Origin: Eledone cirrhosa
Lineage: Eukaryota
Length of the DNA stretch: 64,000 nt
Direction: 5' to 3'
Assembly (NCBI GenBank): GCA_964016885.1
Contig: OZ024743.1
Coordinates: 378,758,001 to 378,822,000 of the forward strand
Below, piece after piece: positions 1 through 13,400 of the stretch. Within the stretch, counting starts at the first letter, position 1; every line of letters begins with the position of its first letter. The position numbers and the translations under genes are program-made. Under the pieces are notes generated by a model, which did no database searches, was not told the DNA's origin, and worked only from the letters and a program-made list of their open reading frames with translations.

Positions 1-83
1 CAGTTTCTCCTACACTAGAGAGAGAGAGTGAGTTTTACACCCCACCACTACCCCAGTTTCTCCTACACTAGAGAGAGAGAGAG

Positions 84-580
84 TTTTACACCCCACCCCT
101 ACCCCACTTTCTCCTACAATAGAGAGAGAGAGAGAGTTTTACACCCCACCCCTACCCCAGTTTTTCCTACACTAGAGAGTGAGTTTTACACCCCACCCCT
201 ACCCCAGTTTCTCCTACACTAGAGAGAGAGTTTTACACCCCACCCCTACCCCACTTTCTCCTACAATAGAGAGAGAGAGAGAGTTTTACACCCCACCCCT
301 ACCCCAGTTTCTCCTACACTAGAGAGAGAGTTTTACACCCCACCCCTACCCCAGTTTCTCCTACACCAGAGAGAGAGTTTTACACCCCACCCCTACCCCA
401 CTTTCTCCTACAATAGAGAGAGAGAGAGAGTTTTACACCCCACCCCTACCCCAGTTTCTCCTACACTAGAGAGAGAGTTTTACACCCCACCCCTACCCCA
501 GTTTCTCCTACACTAGAGAGAGAGTTTTACACCCCACCCCTACCCCACTTTCTCATACAATAGAGAGAGAGGGAGAGTTT
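84..580. repeat. 147-bp trimeric higher-order repeat (53+47+47), about 3.3 copies
   Basis: The CACTTT variant recurs at 105, 252, 399 and 546, an exact 147-bp spacing. Confidence 0.85.
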
Positions 581-2089
581 TACACCCCACCACTGCCCCA
601 GTTTCTTCTACACTAGAGACAGAGAGAGTTTTACACCGCACCACTACCCCAGTTTCTCCTACGCTAGAGAGAGAGTTTTACACACCACCACTACCCCAGT
701 TTCTCCTACACTAGAGAGAGAATTTTACACCCCACCACTGCCCCAGTTTCTCCTACACTAGAGACAGAGAGAGTTTTACACCCCACCACTACCCCAGTTT
801 CTCATACACTAGAGAGAGAGTTTTACACCCCACCACTACCCCCACTTTCTCCTACACTAGAGAGAGAGTTTTACACCCCACCCCTACCCCAGTTTCTCCT
901 ACACTAGAGAGAGAGAGAGAGTTTTACACCCCACCCCTACCCCAGTTTCTCCTACACTAGAGAGAGAATTTTACACCCCACCACTGCCCCAGTTTCTCCT
1001 ACACTAGAGACAGAGAGAGTTTTACACCCCACCACTACCCCCACTTTCTCCTACACTAGAGAGAGAGTTTTACACCCCACCCCTACCCCGGTTTCTCCTA
1101 CACTAGAGAGAGAGAGAGACTTTTACACCCCACCCCTACCCCAGTTTCTCCTACACTAGAGAGAGAATTTTACACCCCACCACTGCCCCAGTTTCTCCTA
1201 CACTAGAGACAGAGAGAGTTTTACACCCCACCACTACCCCAGTTTCTCCTACACTAGAGAGAGAGAGTTTTACACCCCACCACTACCCCAGTTTCTCCTA
1301 CACTAGAGAGAGAGAGAGAGTTTTACACCCCACCACACCCCAGTTTCTCCTACACTAGAGAGAGACAGAGAGAGTTTTACACACCACCCCTACCCCAGTT
1401 TCTCCTACACTAGAGAGAGAGAGAGAATTTTACACCCCACCACTACCCCAGTTTCTCCTACACTAGAGAGAGAGAGAGAGTTTTTCACCCCACCCCTACC
1501 CCAGTTTCTCCTACACTAGAGAGAGAGAGTGAATTTTACACCCCACCACACCCCAGTTTCTCCTACACTAGAGAGACAGAGAGAGTTTTACACCCCACCA
1601 CACCCCAGTTTCTCCTACACTAGAGAGAGACAGAGACAGTTTTACACCCCACCCCTACCCCAGTTTCTCCTACACTAGTGAGAGGGAGAGAGTTTTTCAC
1701 CCCAGCACTACCCCAGTTTCTCCTACACTAGAGAGAGCGTTTTATACCCCACCACTACCCCAGTTTCTCATACACTAGAGAGTTTTACACCGCACCACTA
1801 CCCCAGTTTCTCCTACACTAGAGAGAGAGAGAGTTTTACACACAACCACTACGTCAGTTTCTCCTACACTAGAAAGAGAGAGAGTTTTACACCCCACCAC
1901 TACCCCAGTTTCTCCTACACTAGAGAGAGAGAGAGTTTTAAACCCCACCACTAACCCAGTTTCTCCTACACTAGAGAGAGAGAGAGTTTTACACCCCACC
2001 ACTACCCCTTTTTCTCCTACACTAGAGAGAGAGAGAGTTTTACACGCCCACCACTATCCCATTTTCTCCTAAACTAGAGAGAGATAGAG

Positions 2090-5000
2090 TTTTACACCCC
2101 ACCACTACCCCAGTTTCTCCTACACTAGAGAGAGAGAGTGAGTTTTACACCCCACCCCTACCCCAGTTTCTCCTACACTAGAGAGAGAGAGAGAGTTTTA
2201 CACCCCACCACTGCCCCAGTTTCTCCTACACTACAGAGAGAGTTTTACACACCACCACTACCCCAGTTTCTCCTACACTAGAGAGAGAGTTTTACACCCC
2301 ACCACTACCCCAGTTTCTCCTACGCTAGAGAGAGAGTTTTACACCCCACCACTACCCCAGTTTCTCCTACACTAGAGAGAGAGTTTTACACCCCACCACT
2401 ACCCCAGTTTCTCCTACACTAGAGAGAGAGTTTTACACCCCACCACTACCCCACTTTCTCCTACACTAAAGAGAGAGTTTTACTCCCACCACTACCCCAG
2501 TTTCTCCTACACTAGAGAGAGAGTTTTACACCCCACCACTACCCCAGTTTCTCCTACACTAGAGAGAGAGTTTTACACCCCACCACTACCCCAGTTTCTC
2601 CTACACTAGAGAGAGAGTTTTACACCCCACCACTACCCCCACTTTCTCCTACACTAAAGAGAGAGTTTTACTCCCACCACTACCCCAGTTTCTCCTACAC
2701 TAGAGAGAGAGAGATAGAGTTTTACACCCCACCACTACCCCAGTTTCTCCTACACTAGAGAGAGACAGAGAGAGTTTCACACCCCACCCCTACCCCAGTT
2801 TCTCCTACACTAGAGAGAGACAGAGAGAGTTTCACACCCCACCACTACCCCAGTTTCTCCTACACTAGAGAGAGAGAGAGTTTTACACCCCACCCCTACC
2901 CCAGTTTCTCCTACACTAGAGAGAGACAGAGAGAGTTTCACACCCCACACCTACCCCAGTTTCTCCTACACTAGAGAGAGACAGAGAGAGTTTCACACCC
3001 CACCACTACCCCAGTTTCTCCTAAACTAGAGAGAGAGTTTTACACCCCACCACTACCCAGTTTCTCCTACACTAGAGAAAGAGAGAGAGTTTTACACCCC
3101 ACCACTACCCCAGTCTCTCCTACACTAGAGAGAGAGAGAGTTTTACACCGCACCACTACCCCAGCTTCTCCTACACTAGAGAGAGAGTTTTACAACCCAC
3201 CACTACCCCAGTTTCTCCTACACTAGAGAGAGAGAGAGAGAGGTTTACACCCCACCACTACCCCAGTTTCTCCTACCCTAGAGAGAGAGAGAGTTTTACA
3301 CCCCACCAATACCCCAGTTTCTCCTACACTAGAGAGAGATTTACACCCCACCACTACCCCAGTTTCTCCTACACGAGAGAGAGCGTTTTACACCCCACCA
3401 CTACCCCAGTTTCTCCTACACTATAGAGAGAGAGAGTTTCACACCCCCACCACTACCCCATTTTCTCCTAAACTAGAGAGAGAGAGAGTTTTACACCCCA
3501 CCACTACCCCAGTTTCTCCTACACTAGAGAGAGAGAGAGTTTTACACCCCACCACTACCCCAGTTTCTCCTACACTAGAGAGAGAGAGAATTTTACACAC
3601 CACCACTGCCCCAGTTTCTCCTACACTAGAGAGAGAGAGTTTTACACCCCACCACTACCCCAGTTTCTCCTACAATAGAGATAGCGTTTTATACCCCACC
3701 ACTACCCCAGTTTCTCCTACACTAGAGATAGAGTTTTACACCCCACCACTACCTCAGTTTCTCCTACACTAGAGAGAGAGAGTGAGTTTTACACCCCACC
3801 CCTACCCCAGTTTCTCCTACACTAGAGAGAGAGAGAGAGTTTTACACCCCACCACTGCCCCTGTTTCTCCTACACTACAGAGAGAGTTTTACACACCACC
3901 ACTACCCCAGTTTCTCCTACACTAGAGAGAGAGTTTTACACCCCACCACTACCCCAGTTTCTCCTACGCTAGAGAGAGAGTTTTACACCCCACCACTACC
4001 CCAGTTTCTCCTACACTAGAGAGAGAGTTTTACACCCCACCACTACCCCAGTTTCTCCTACACTAGAGAGAGAGTTTTACACCCCACCACTACCCCACTT
4101 TCTCCTACACTAAAGAGAGAGTTTTACTCCCACCACTACCCCAGTTTCTCCTACACTAGAGAGAGAGTTTTACACCCCACCACTACCCCAGTTTCTCCTA
4201 CACTAGAGAGAGAGTTTTACACCCCACCACTACTCCAGTTTCTCCTACACTAGAGAGAGAGTTTTACACCCCACCACTACCCCCACTTTCTCCTACACTA
4301 AAGAGAGAGTTTTACTCCCACCACTACCCCAGTTTCTCCTACACTAGAGAGAGAGAGATAGAGTTTTACACCCCACCACTACCCCAGTTTCTCCTACACT
4401 AGAGAGAGACAGAGAGAGTTTCACACCCCACCCCTACCCCAGTTTCTCCTACACTAGAGAGAGACAGAGAGAGTTTCACACCCCACCACTACCCCAGTTT
4501 CTCCTACACTAGAGAGAGAGAGAGTTTTACACCCCACCCCTACCCCAGTTTCTCCTACACTAGAGAGAGACAGAGAGAGTTTCACACCCCACACCTACCC
4601 CAGTTTCTCCTACACTAGAGAGAGACAGAGAGAGTTTCACACCCCACCACTACCCCAGTTTCTCCTAAACTAGAGAGAGAGTTTTACACCCCACCACTAC
4701 CCAGTTTCTCCTACACTAGAGAAAGAGAGAGAGTTTTACACCCCACCACTACCCCAGTCTCTCCTACACTAGAGAGAGAGAGAGTTTTACACCGCACCAC
4801 TACCCCAGCTTCTCCTACACTAGAGAGAGAGTTTTACAACCCACCACTACCCCAGTTTCTCCTACACTAGAGAGAGAGAGAGAGAGGTTTACACCCCACC
4901 ACTACCCCAGCTTCTCCTACCCTAGAGAGAGAGAGAGTTTTACACCCCACCAATACCCCAGTTTCTCCTACACTAGAGAGAGAGAGTTTCACACCCCCAC

Positions 5001-5280
5001 CACTACCCCATTTTCTCCTAAACTAGAGAGAGAGAGAGTTTTACACCCCACCACTACCCCAGTTTCTCCTACACTAGAGAGAGAGAGAGTTTTACACCCC
5101 ACCACTACCCCAGTTTCTCCTACACTAGAGAGAGAGAGAATTTTACACCCCACCACTGCCCCAGTTTCTCCTACACTAGAGAGAGAGAGTTTTACACCCC
5201 ACCACTACCCCAGTTTCTCCTACAATAGAGATAGCGTTTTATACCCCACCACTACCCCAGTTTCTCCTACACTAGAGAGA
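2090..5280. repeat. Tandem duplication, period 1,644 bp; second copy lacks two monomers (94 bp)
   Basis: CTACAG occurs at 2231/3875, GATA at 2713/4357 and AAA at 3078/4722 (all offset 1644). The offset drops to 1550 at TTTCACACCCCC (3437/4987). Confidence 0.85.
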
Positions 5281-5529
5281 GAGTTTTACACCCCACCCTA
5301 CCCCAGTTTCTCCTACACTAGTGAGAGAGTGAGAGAGTTTTCCACCCCACCACCACCCCAGTTTCTCCTACACTAGAGAGAGAGAGAGAGTTTTACACCC
5401 CACCCCTACCCCAGTTTCTCCTACACTAGAGAGAGAGAGTTTTACACCCCACCACTACCCCAGTTTCTCCTACAATAGAGATAGCGTTTTATACCCCACC
5501 ACTACCCCAGTTTCTCCTACACTAGAGAG

Positions 5530-8500
5530 AGAGTTTTACACCCCACCCCTACCCCAGTTTCTCCTACACTAGAGAGAGAGTTTTACACCCCACCCCTACC
5601 CCACTTTCTCCTACAATAGAGAGAGAGGGAGAGTTTTACACCCCACCACTGCCCCAGTTTCTCCTACACTAGAGACAGAGAGAGTTTTACACCCCACCAC
5701 TACCCCAGTTTCTCCTACGCTAGAGAGAGAGTTTTACACCCCACCACTACCCCAGTTTCTCCTACACTAGAGAGAGAGTTTTACACCCCACCCCTACCCC
5801 AGTTTCTCCTACACTAGTTAGAGAGAGAGAGAGTTTTACACCCCACCCCTACCCCAGTTTCTCCTACACTAGAGAGAGAGAGTTTTACACCCCACCCCTA
5901 CCCCAGTTTCTCCTACACTAGAGAGAGAGTTTTACACCCCACCACTACCCCAGTTTCTCCTACACTAGAGAGAGAGAGAGAATTTTACACCCCACCACTA
6001 CCCCAGTTTCTCCTACACTAGAGAGAGAGAGAGAATTTTACACCCCACCACACCCCACTTTCTCCTACACTAGAGAGAGAGTGAATTTTACACCCCACCA
6101 CTACCCCAGTTTCTCCTACACTAGAGAGAGCGTTTTATACCCCACTACTACCCCAGTTTCTCCTACACTAGAGAGAGAGAGAATTTTACTCTCCACCACA
6201 ACCCCTTTTTCTCCTACACTAGAGAGAGAGAGAGTTTTACACCCCCACCACTATCCCATTTTCTCCTAAACTAGAGAGAGAGAGAGTTTTACACCCCACC
6301 ACTACCCCAGTTTCTCCTACACTAGTGAGAGAGAGTGAGTTTTACACCCCACCCCTACCCCAGTTTCTCCTACACTAGAGAGAGAGAGTTTTACACCCCA
6401 CCACTACCCCAGTTTCTCCTACACTAGAGAGAGAGTTTACACCCCACCCCTACCCCAGTTTCTCCTACACTAGAGAGAGAGAGAGAGAGTTTTACACCCC
6501 ACCACTACCCCAGTTTCTCCTACACTAGAGAGTGAGTTTTACACCCCACCACTACCCCAGTTTCTCCTACACTAGAGAGAGAGAGAGAGTTTTACACCCC
6601 ACCACTACCCCAGTTTCTCCTACACTAGAGAGAGAGAGAGTTTTACACCCCACCACTACCCCAGTTTCTCCTACACTAGAGAGAGAGTTTTACACCCCAC
6701 CACCACCCAGTTTCTCCTATACTAGAGAGAGACAGAGAGAGTTTTACACCCCACCTCTACCCCAGTTTCTCCTACACTAGAGAGAGAGAGTGAATTTTAC
6801 ACCCCACCCCTACCCCAGTTTCTCATACACTAGAGAGAGCGTTTTATACACCACCACTACCCCAGTTTCTCCTACACTAGAGAGAGAGAGAGTTTTACAC
6901 ACAACCACTACGTCAGTTTCTCCTACACTAGAGAGAGAGTGATTTTTACACCCCACCACTACCCCGGTTTCTCCTACACTAGAGAGAGAGAGAGTTTTAC
7001 ACCGCACCACTACCCCATTTTCTCCTACACTATAGAGAGAGAGAGTTTTACACCCCCACCACTACCCCAGTTTCTCCTACACTAGAGAGAGACAGAGAGA
7101 GTTTCACACCCCACACCTACCCCAGTTTCTCCTACACTAGAGAGAGACAGAGAGAGTTTCACACCCCACCACTACCCCAGTTTCTCCTAAACTAGAGAGA
7201 GAGTTTTACACCCCACCACTACCCAGTTTCTCCTACACTAGAGAAAGAGAGAGAGTTTTACACCCCACCACTACCCCAGTCTCTCCTACACTAGAGAGAG
7301 AGAGAGTTTTACACCGCACCACTACCCCAGCTTCTCCTACACTAGAGAGAGAGTTTTACACCCCACCACTACCCCAGTTTCTCCTACACTAGAGAGAGAG
7401 AGAGAGAGAGGTTTACACCCCACCACTACCCCAGTTTCTCCTACACTAGAGAGAGAGAGAGTTTTACACCCCACCAATACCCCAGTTTCTCCTACACTAG
7501 AGAGAGATTTACACCCCACCACTACCCCAGTTTCTCCTACACGAGAGAGAGCGTTTTACACCCCACCACTACCCCAGTTTCTCCTACACTATAGAGAGAG
7601 AGAGTTTCACACCCCCACCACTACCCCATTTTCTCCTAAACTAGAGAGAGAGAGAGTTTTACACCCCACCACAACCCCAGTTTCTCCTACACTAGAGAGA
7701 GAGAGAGTTTTACACCCCACCACTACCCCAGTTTCTCCTACACTAGAGAGAGAGAGAATTTTACACACCACCACTGCCCCAGTTTCTCCTACACTAGAGA
7801 CAGAGAGAGTTTTACACCCCACCACTACCCCAGTTTCTCCTACGCTAGAGAGAGAGAGAGAGAGTTTTACACCCCACCACCACCCCAGTTTCTCCTACAC
7901 TAGAGAGAGAGAGAGAGTTTTACACCCCACCCCTACCCCAGTTTCTCCTACACTAGAGAGAGAGAGTTTTACACCCCACCACTACCCCAGTTTCTCCTAC
8001 AATAGAGATAGCGTTTTATACCCCACCACTACCCCAGTTTCTCCTACACTAGAGAGAGAGTTTTACACCCCACCCCTACCCCAGTTTCTCCTACACTAGA
8101 GAGAGAGTTTTACACCCCACCCCTACCCCACTTTCTCCTACAATAGAGAGAGAGGGAAAGTTTTACACCCCACCACTGCCCCAGTTTCTCCTACACTAGA
8201 GACAGAGAGAGTTTTACACCCCACCACTACCCCAGTTTCTCCTACGCTAGAGAGAGAGTTTTACACCCCACCACTACCCCAGTTTCTCCTACACTAGAGA
8301 GAGAGTGTTACACCCCACCACTACCCCCACTTTCTCCTACACTAGAGAGAGAGTTTTACACCCCACCCCTACCCCAGTTTCTCCTACACTAGTGAGAGAG
8401 AGAGAGATTTTTACACCCCACCCCTACCCCAGTTTCTCCTACACTAGAGAGAGAGAGTTTTACACCCCACCCATACCCCAGTTTCTCCTACACTAGAGAG

Positions 8501-11500
8501 AGAGTTTTACACCCCACCCCTACCCCACTTTCTCCTACAATAGAGAGAGAGGGAGAGTTTTACACCCCACCACTGCTCCAGTTTCTCCTACACTAGAGAC
8601 AGAGAGAGTTTTACACCCCACCACTACCCCAGTTTCTCCTACGCTAGAGAGAGAGTTTTACACCCCACCACTACCCCAGTTTCTCCTACACTAGAGAGAG
8701 AGTTTTACACCCCACCACTACCCCCACTTTCTCCTACACTAGAGAGAGAGTTTTACACCCCACCCCTACCCCAGTTTCTCCTACACTAGTGAGAGAGAGA
8801 GAGAGTTTTACACCCCACCCCTACCCCAGTTTCTCCTACACTAGAGAGAGAGAGTTTTACACCCCACCCCTACCCCAGTTTCTCCTACACTAGAGAGATA
8901 GTTTTACACCCCACCACTACCCCAGTTTCTCCTACACTAGAGAGAGAGAGAGAATTTTACACCCCACCACTACCCCAGTTTCTCCTACACTAGAGAGAGA
9001 GAGAGAATTTTACACCCCACCACACCCCACTTTCTCCTACACTAGAGAGAGAGTGAATTTTACACCCCACCACTACCCCAGTTTCTCCTACACTAGAGAG
9101 AGCGTTTTATACCCCACTACTACCCCAGTTTCTCCTACACTAGAGAGAGAGAGAATTTTACACTCCACCACAAACCCTTTTTCTCCTACACTAGAGAGAG
9201 AGAGAGTTTTACACCCCCACCACTATCCCATTTTCTCCTAAACTAGAGAGAGAGAGAGTTTTACACCCCACCACTACCCCAGTTTCTCCTACACTAGTGA
9301 GAGAGAGTGAGTTTTACACCCCACCCCTACCCCAGTTTCTCCTACACTAGAGAGAGAGAGTTTTACACCCCACCACTACCCCAGTTTCTCCTACACTAGA
9401 GAGAGAGTTTACACCCCACCCCTACCCCAGTTTCTCCTACACTAGAGAGAGAGAGAGAGAGTTTTACACCCCACCACTACCCCAGTTTCTCCTACACTAG
9501 AGAGAGAGTTTTACACCCCACCACTACCCCAGTTTCTCCTACACTAGAGAGAGAGAGAGAGTTTTACACCCCACCACTACCCCAGTTTCTCCTACACTAG
9601 AGAGAGAGAGAGTTTTACACCCCACCACTACCCCAGTTTCTCCTACACTAGAGAGAGAGTTTTACACCCCACCACCACCCAGTTTCTCCTACACTAGAGA
9701 GAGACAGAGAGAGTTTTACACCCCACCCCTACCCCAGTTTCTCCTACACTAGAGAGAGAGAGTGAATTTTACACCCCACCCCTACCCCAGTTTCTCATAC
9801 ACTAGAGAGAGCGTTTTATACACCACCACTACCCCAGTTTCTCCTACACTAGAGAGAGAGAGAGTTTTACACACAACCACTACGTCAGTTTCTCCTACAC
9901 TAGAGAGAGAGTGATTTTTACACCCCACCACTACCCCGGTTTCTCCTACACTAGAGAGAGAGAGAGTTTTACACCGCACCACTACCCCATTTTCTCCTAC
10001 ACTATAGAGAGAGAGAGTTTTACACCCCCACCACTACCCCAGTTTCTCCTACACTAGAGAGAGACAGAGAGAGTTTCACACCCCACACCTACCCCAGTTT
10101 CTCCTACACTAGAGAGAGACAGAGAGAGTTTCACACCCCACCACTACCCCAGTTTCTCCTAAACTAGAGAGAGAGTTTTACACCCCACCACTACCCAGTT
10201 TCTCCTACACTAGAGAAAGAGAGAGAGTTTTACACCCCACCACTACCCCAGTCTCTCCTACACTAGAGAGAGAGAGAGTTTTACACCGCACCACTACCCC
10301 AGCTTCTCCTACACTAGAGAGAGAGTTTTACACCCCACCACTACCCCAGTTTCTCCTACACTAGAGAGAGAGAGAGAGAGGTTTACACCCCACCACTACC
10401 CCAGTTTCTCCTACACTAGAGAGAGAGAGAGTTTTACACCCCACCAATACCCCAGTTTCTCCTACACTAGAGAGAGATTTACACCCCACCACTACCCCAG
10501 TTTCTCCTACACGAGAGAGAGCGTTTTACACCCCACCACTACCCCAGTTTCTCCTACACTATAGAGAGAGAGAGTTTCACACCCCCACCACTACCCCATT
10601 TTCTCCTAAACTAGAGAGAGAGAGAGTTTTACACCCCACCACTACCCCAGTTTCTCCTACACTAGAGAGAGAGAGAGTTTTACACCCCACCACTACCCCA
10701 GTTTCTCCTACACTAGAGAGAGAGAGAATTTTACACACCACCACTGCCCCAGTTTCTCCTACACTAGAGACAGAGAGAGTTTTACACCCCACCACTACCC
10801 CAGTTTCTCCTACGCTAGAGAGAGAGAGAGAGAGTTTTACACCCCACCACCACCCCAGTTTCTCCTACACTAGAGAGAGAGAGAGAGTTTTACACCCCAC
10901 CCCTACCCCAGTTTCTCCTACACTAGAGAGAGAGAGTTTTACACCCCACCACTACCCCAGTTTCTCCTACAATAGAGATAGCGTTTTATACCCCACCACT
11001 ACCCCAGTTTCTCCTACACTAGAGAGAGAGTTTTACACCCCACCCCTACCCCAGTTTCTCCTACACTAGAGAGAGAGTTTTACACCCCACCCCTACCCCA
11101 CTTTCTCCTACAATAGAGAGAGAGGGAAAGTTTTACACCCCACCACTGCCCCAGTTTCTCCTACACTAGAGACAGAGAGAGTTTTACACCCCACCACTAC
11201 CCCAGTTTCTCCTACGCTAGAGAGAGAGTTTTACACCCCACCACTACCCCAGTTTCTCCTACACTAGAGAGAGAGTGTTACACCCCACCACTACCCCCAC
11301 TTTCTCCTACACTAGAGAGAGAGTTTTACACCCCACCCCTACCCCAGTTTCTCCTACACTAGTGAGAGAGAGAGAGAGAGTTTTACACCCCACCCCTACC
11401 CCAGTTTCTCCTACACTAGAGAGAGAGAGTTTTACACCTCACCCATACCCCAGTTTCTCCTACACTAGAGAGAGAGTTTTACACCCCACCACTACCCCAG

Positions 11501-13400
11501 TTTCTCCTACACTAGAGAGAGAGAGAGAGTTTTACACCCCACCACACCCCAGTTTCTCCTACACTAGAGAGAGAGAGTTTTACACCCCACCACTACCCCA
11601 GTTTCTCCTACACTAGAGAGAGAGTTTTACACCCCACCACTACCCCAGTTTCTCCTACACTAGAGAGAGAGTTTTACACCCCACCCCTACCCCAGTTTCT
11701 CCTACACTAGAGAGAGAGTTTTACACCCCACCGCTACCCCAGTTTCTCCTACACTAGAGAGAGAGTTTTACACCCCACCACTACCCCAGTTTCTCCTACA
11801 CTAGAGAGAGAGAGTCTTACACCCCACCACACCCCAGTTTCTCCTACACTAGAGAGAGAGTTTTACACCCCACCACTACCCCAGTTTCTCCTACACTAGA
11901 GAGAGAGTTTTACACCCCACCACTACCCCAGTTTCTCCTACACTAGAGAGAGAGTTTTACACATCACCCCTACCCCAGTTTCTCCTACACTAGAGAGAGA
12001 GTTTTACACCCCACCACTACCCCAGTTTCTCCTACACTAGAGAGAGAGTTTTACACCCCACCACTACCACAGTTTCTCCTACACTAGAGAGAGAGAGAGT
12101 TTTACACCCCACCACACCCCAGTTTCTCCTACACTAGAGAGAGACAGAGAGAGTTTTACACCCCACCACTACCCCAGTTTCTCCTACACTAGAGAGAGGG
12201 AGAGAGTTTTTCACCCCACCACTACCCCAGTTTCTCCTACACTAGAGAGAGAGAGAGAATTTTACACCCCACCACTACCCCAGTTTCTCCTACACTAGAG
12301 AGAGAGAGAGAATTTTACACCCCACCACACCCCACTTTCTCCTACACTAGAGAGAGAGTGAATTTTACACCCCACCACTACCCCAGTTTCTCCTACACTA
12401 GAGAGAGCGTTTTATACCCCACTACTACCCCAGTTTCTCCTACACTAGAGAGAGAGAGAATTTTACACTCCACCACTACCCCTTTTTCTCCTACACTAGA
12501 GAGAGAAAGAGTTTTACACCCCCACCACTATCCCATTTTCTCCTAAACTAGAGAGAGAGAGAGTTTTACACCCCACCACTACCCCAGTTTCTCCTCAACT
12601 AGTGAGAGAGAGTGAGTTTTACACCCCACCCCTACCCCAGTTTCTCCTACACTAGAGAGAGAGAGTTTTACACCCCACCACTACCCCAGTTTCTCCTACA
12701 CTAGAGAGAGAGTTTACACCCCACCCCTACCCCAGTTTCTCCTACACTAGAGAGAGAGAGAGTTTTACACCCCACCACTACCCCAGTTTCTCCTACACTA
12801 GAGAGAGAGTTTTACACCCCACCACTACCCCAGTTTCTCCTACACTAGAGAGAGAGAGAGAGTTTTACACCCCACCACTACCCCAGTTTCTCCTACACTA
12901 GAGAGAGAGAGAGTTTTACACCCCACCACTACCCCAGTTTCTCCTACACTAGAGAGAGAGTTTTACACCCCACCACTACCACAGTTTCTCCTACACTAGA
13001 GAGAGAGAGAGTTTTACACCCCACCACCACCCAGTTTCTCCTACACTAGAGAGAGACAGAGAGAGTCTTACACCCCACCCCTACCCCAGTTTCTCCTACA
13101 CTAGAGAGAGAGAGTGAATTTTACACCCCACCCCTACCCCAGTTTCTCATACACTAGAGAGAGCGTTTTATACACCACCACTACCCCAGTTTCTCCTACA
13201 CTAGAGAGAGAGAGAGTTTTACACACAACCACTACGTCAGTTTCTCCTACACTAGAGAGAGAGTGATTTTTACACCCCACCACTACCCCGGTTTCTCCTA
13301 CACTAGAGAGAGAGAGAGTTTTACACCGCACCACTACCCCATTTTCTCCTACACTATAGAGAGAGAGAGTTTTACACCCCCACCACTACCCCAGTTTATC
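5530..13400. repeat. ~2.97-kb tandem duplication (about 5530-8500 and 8500-11450) plus a partial third copy (about 12230-13400)
   Basis: Near-identical spurious ORFs at 6081/9053/12358, 6810/9782/13134, 7607/10577 and 8305/11275; AGAGGGAAAG at 8151/11121. Confidence 0.88.

Larger units (their letters stand above)
1..13400. repeat. Variant domain A
   Basis: Recurrent markers are CACAACCACTACGTCAG (~1841, 6901, 9873, 13225), GATAGCGTTTTATA, GACAGAGAGAGTTTCAC, CCCCACTTTCTCCTACAATA and GAGGTTTAC. Boundaries approximate. Confidence 0.75.
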
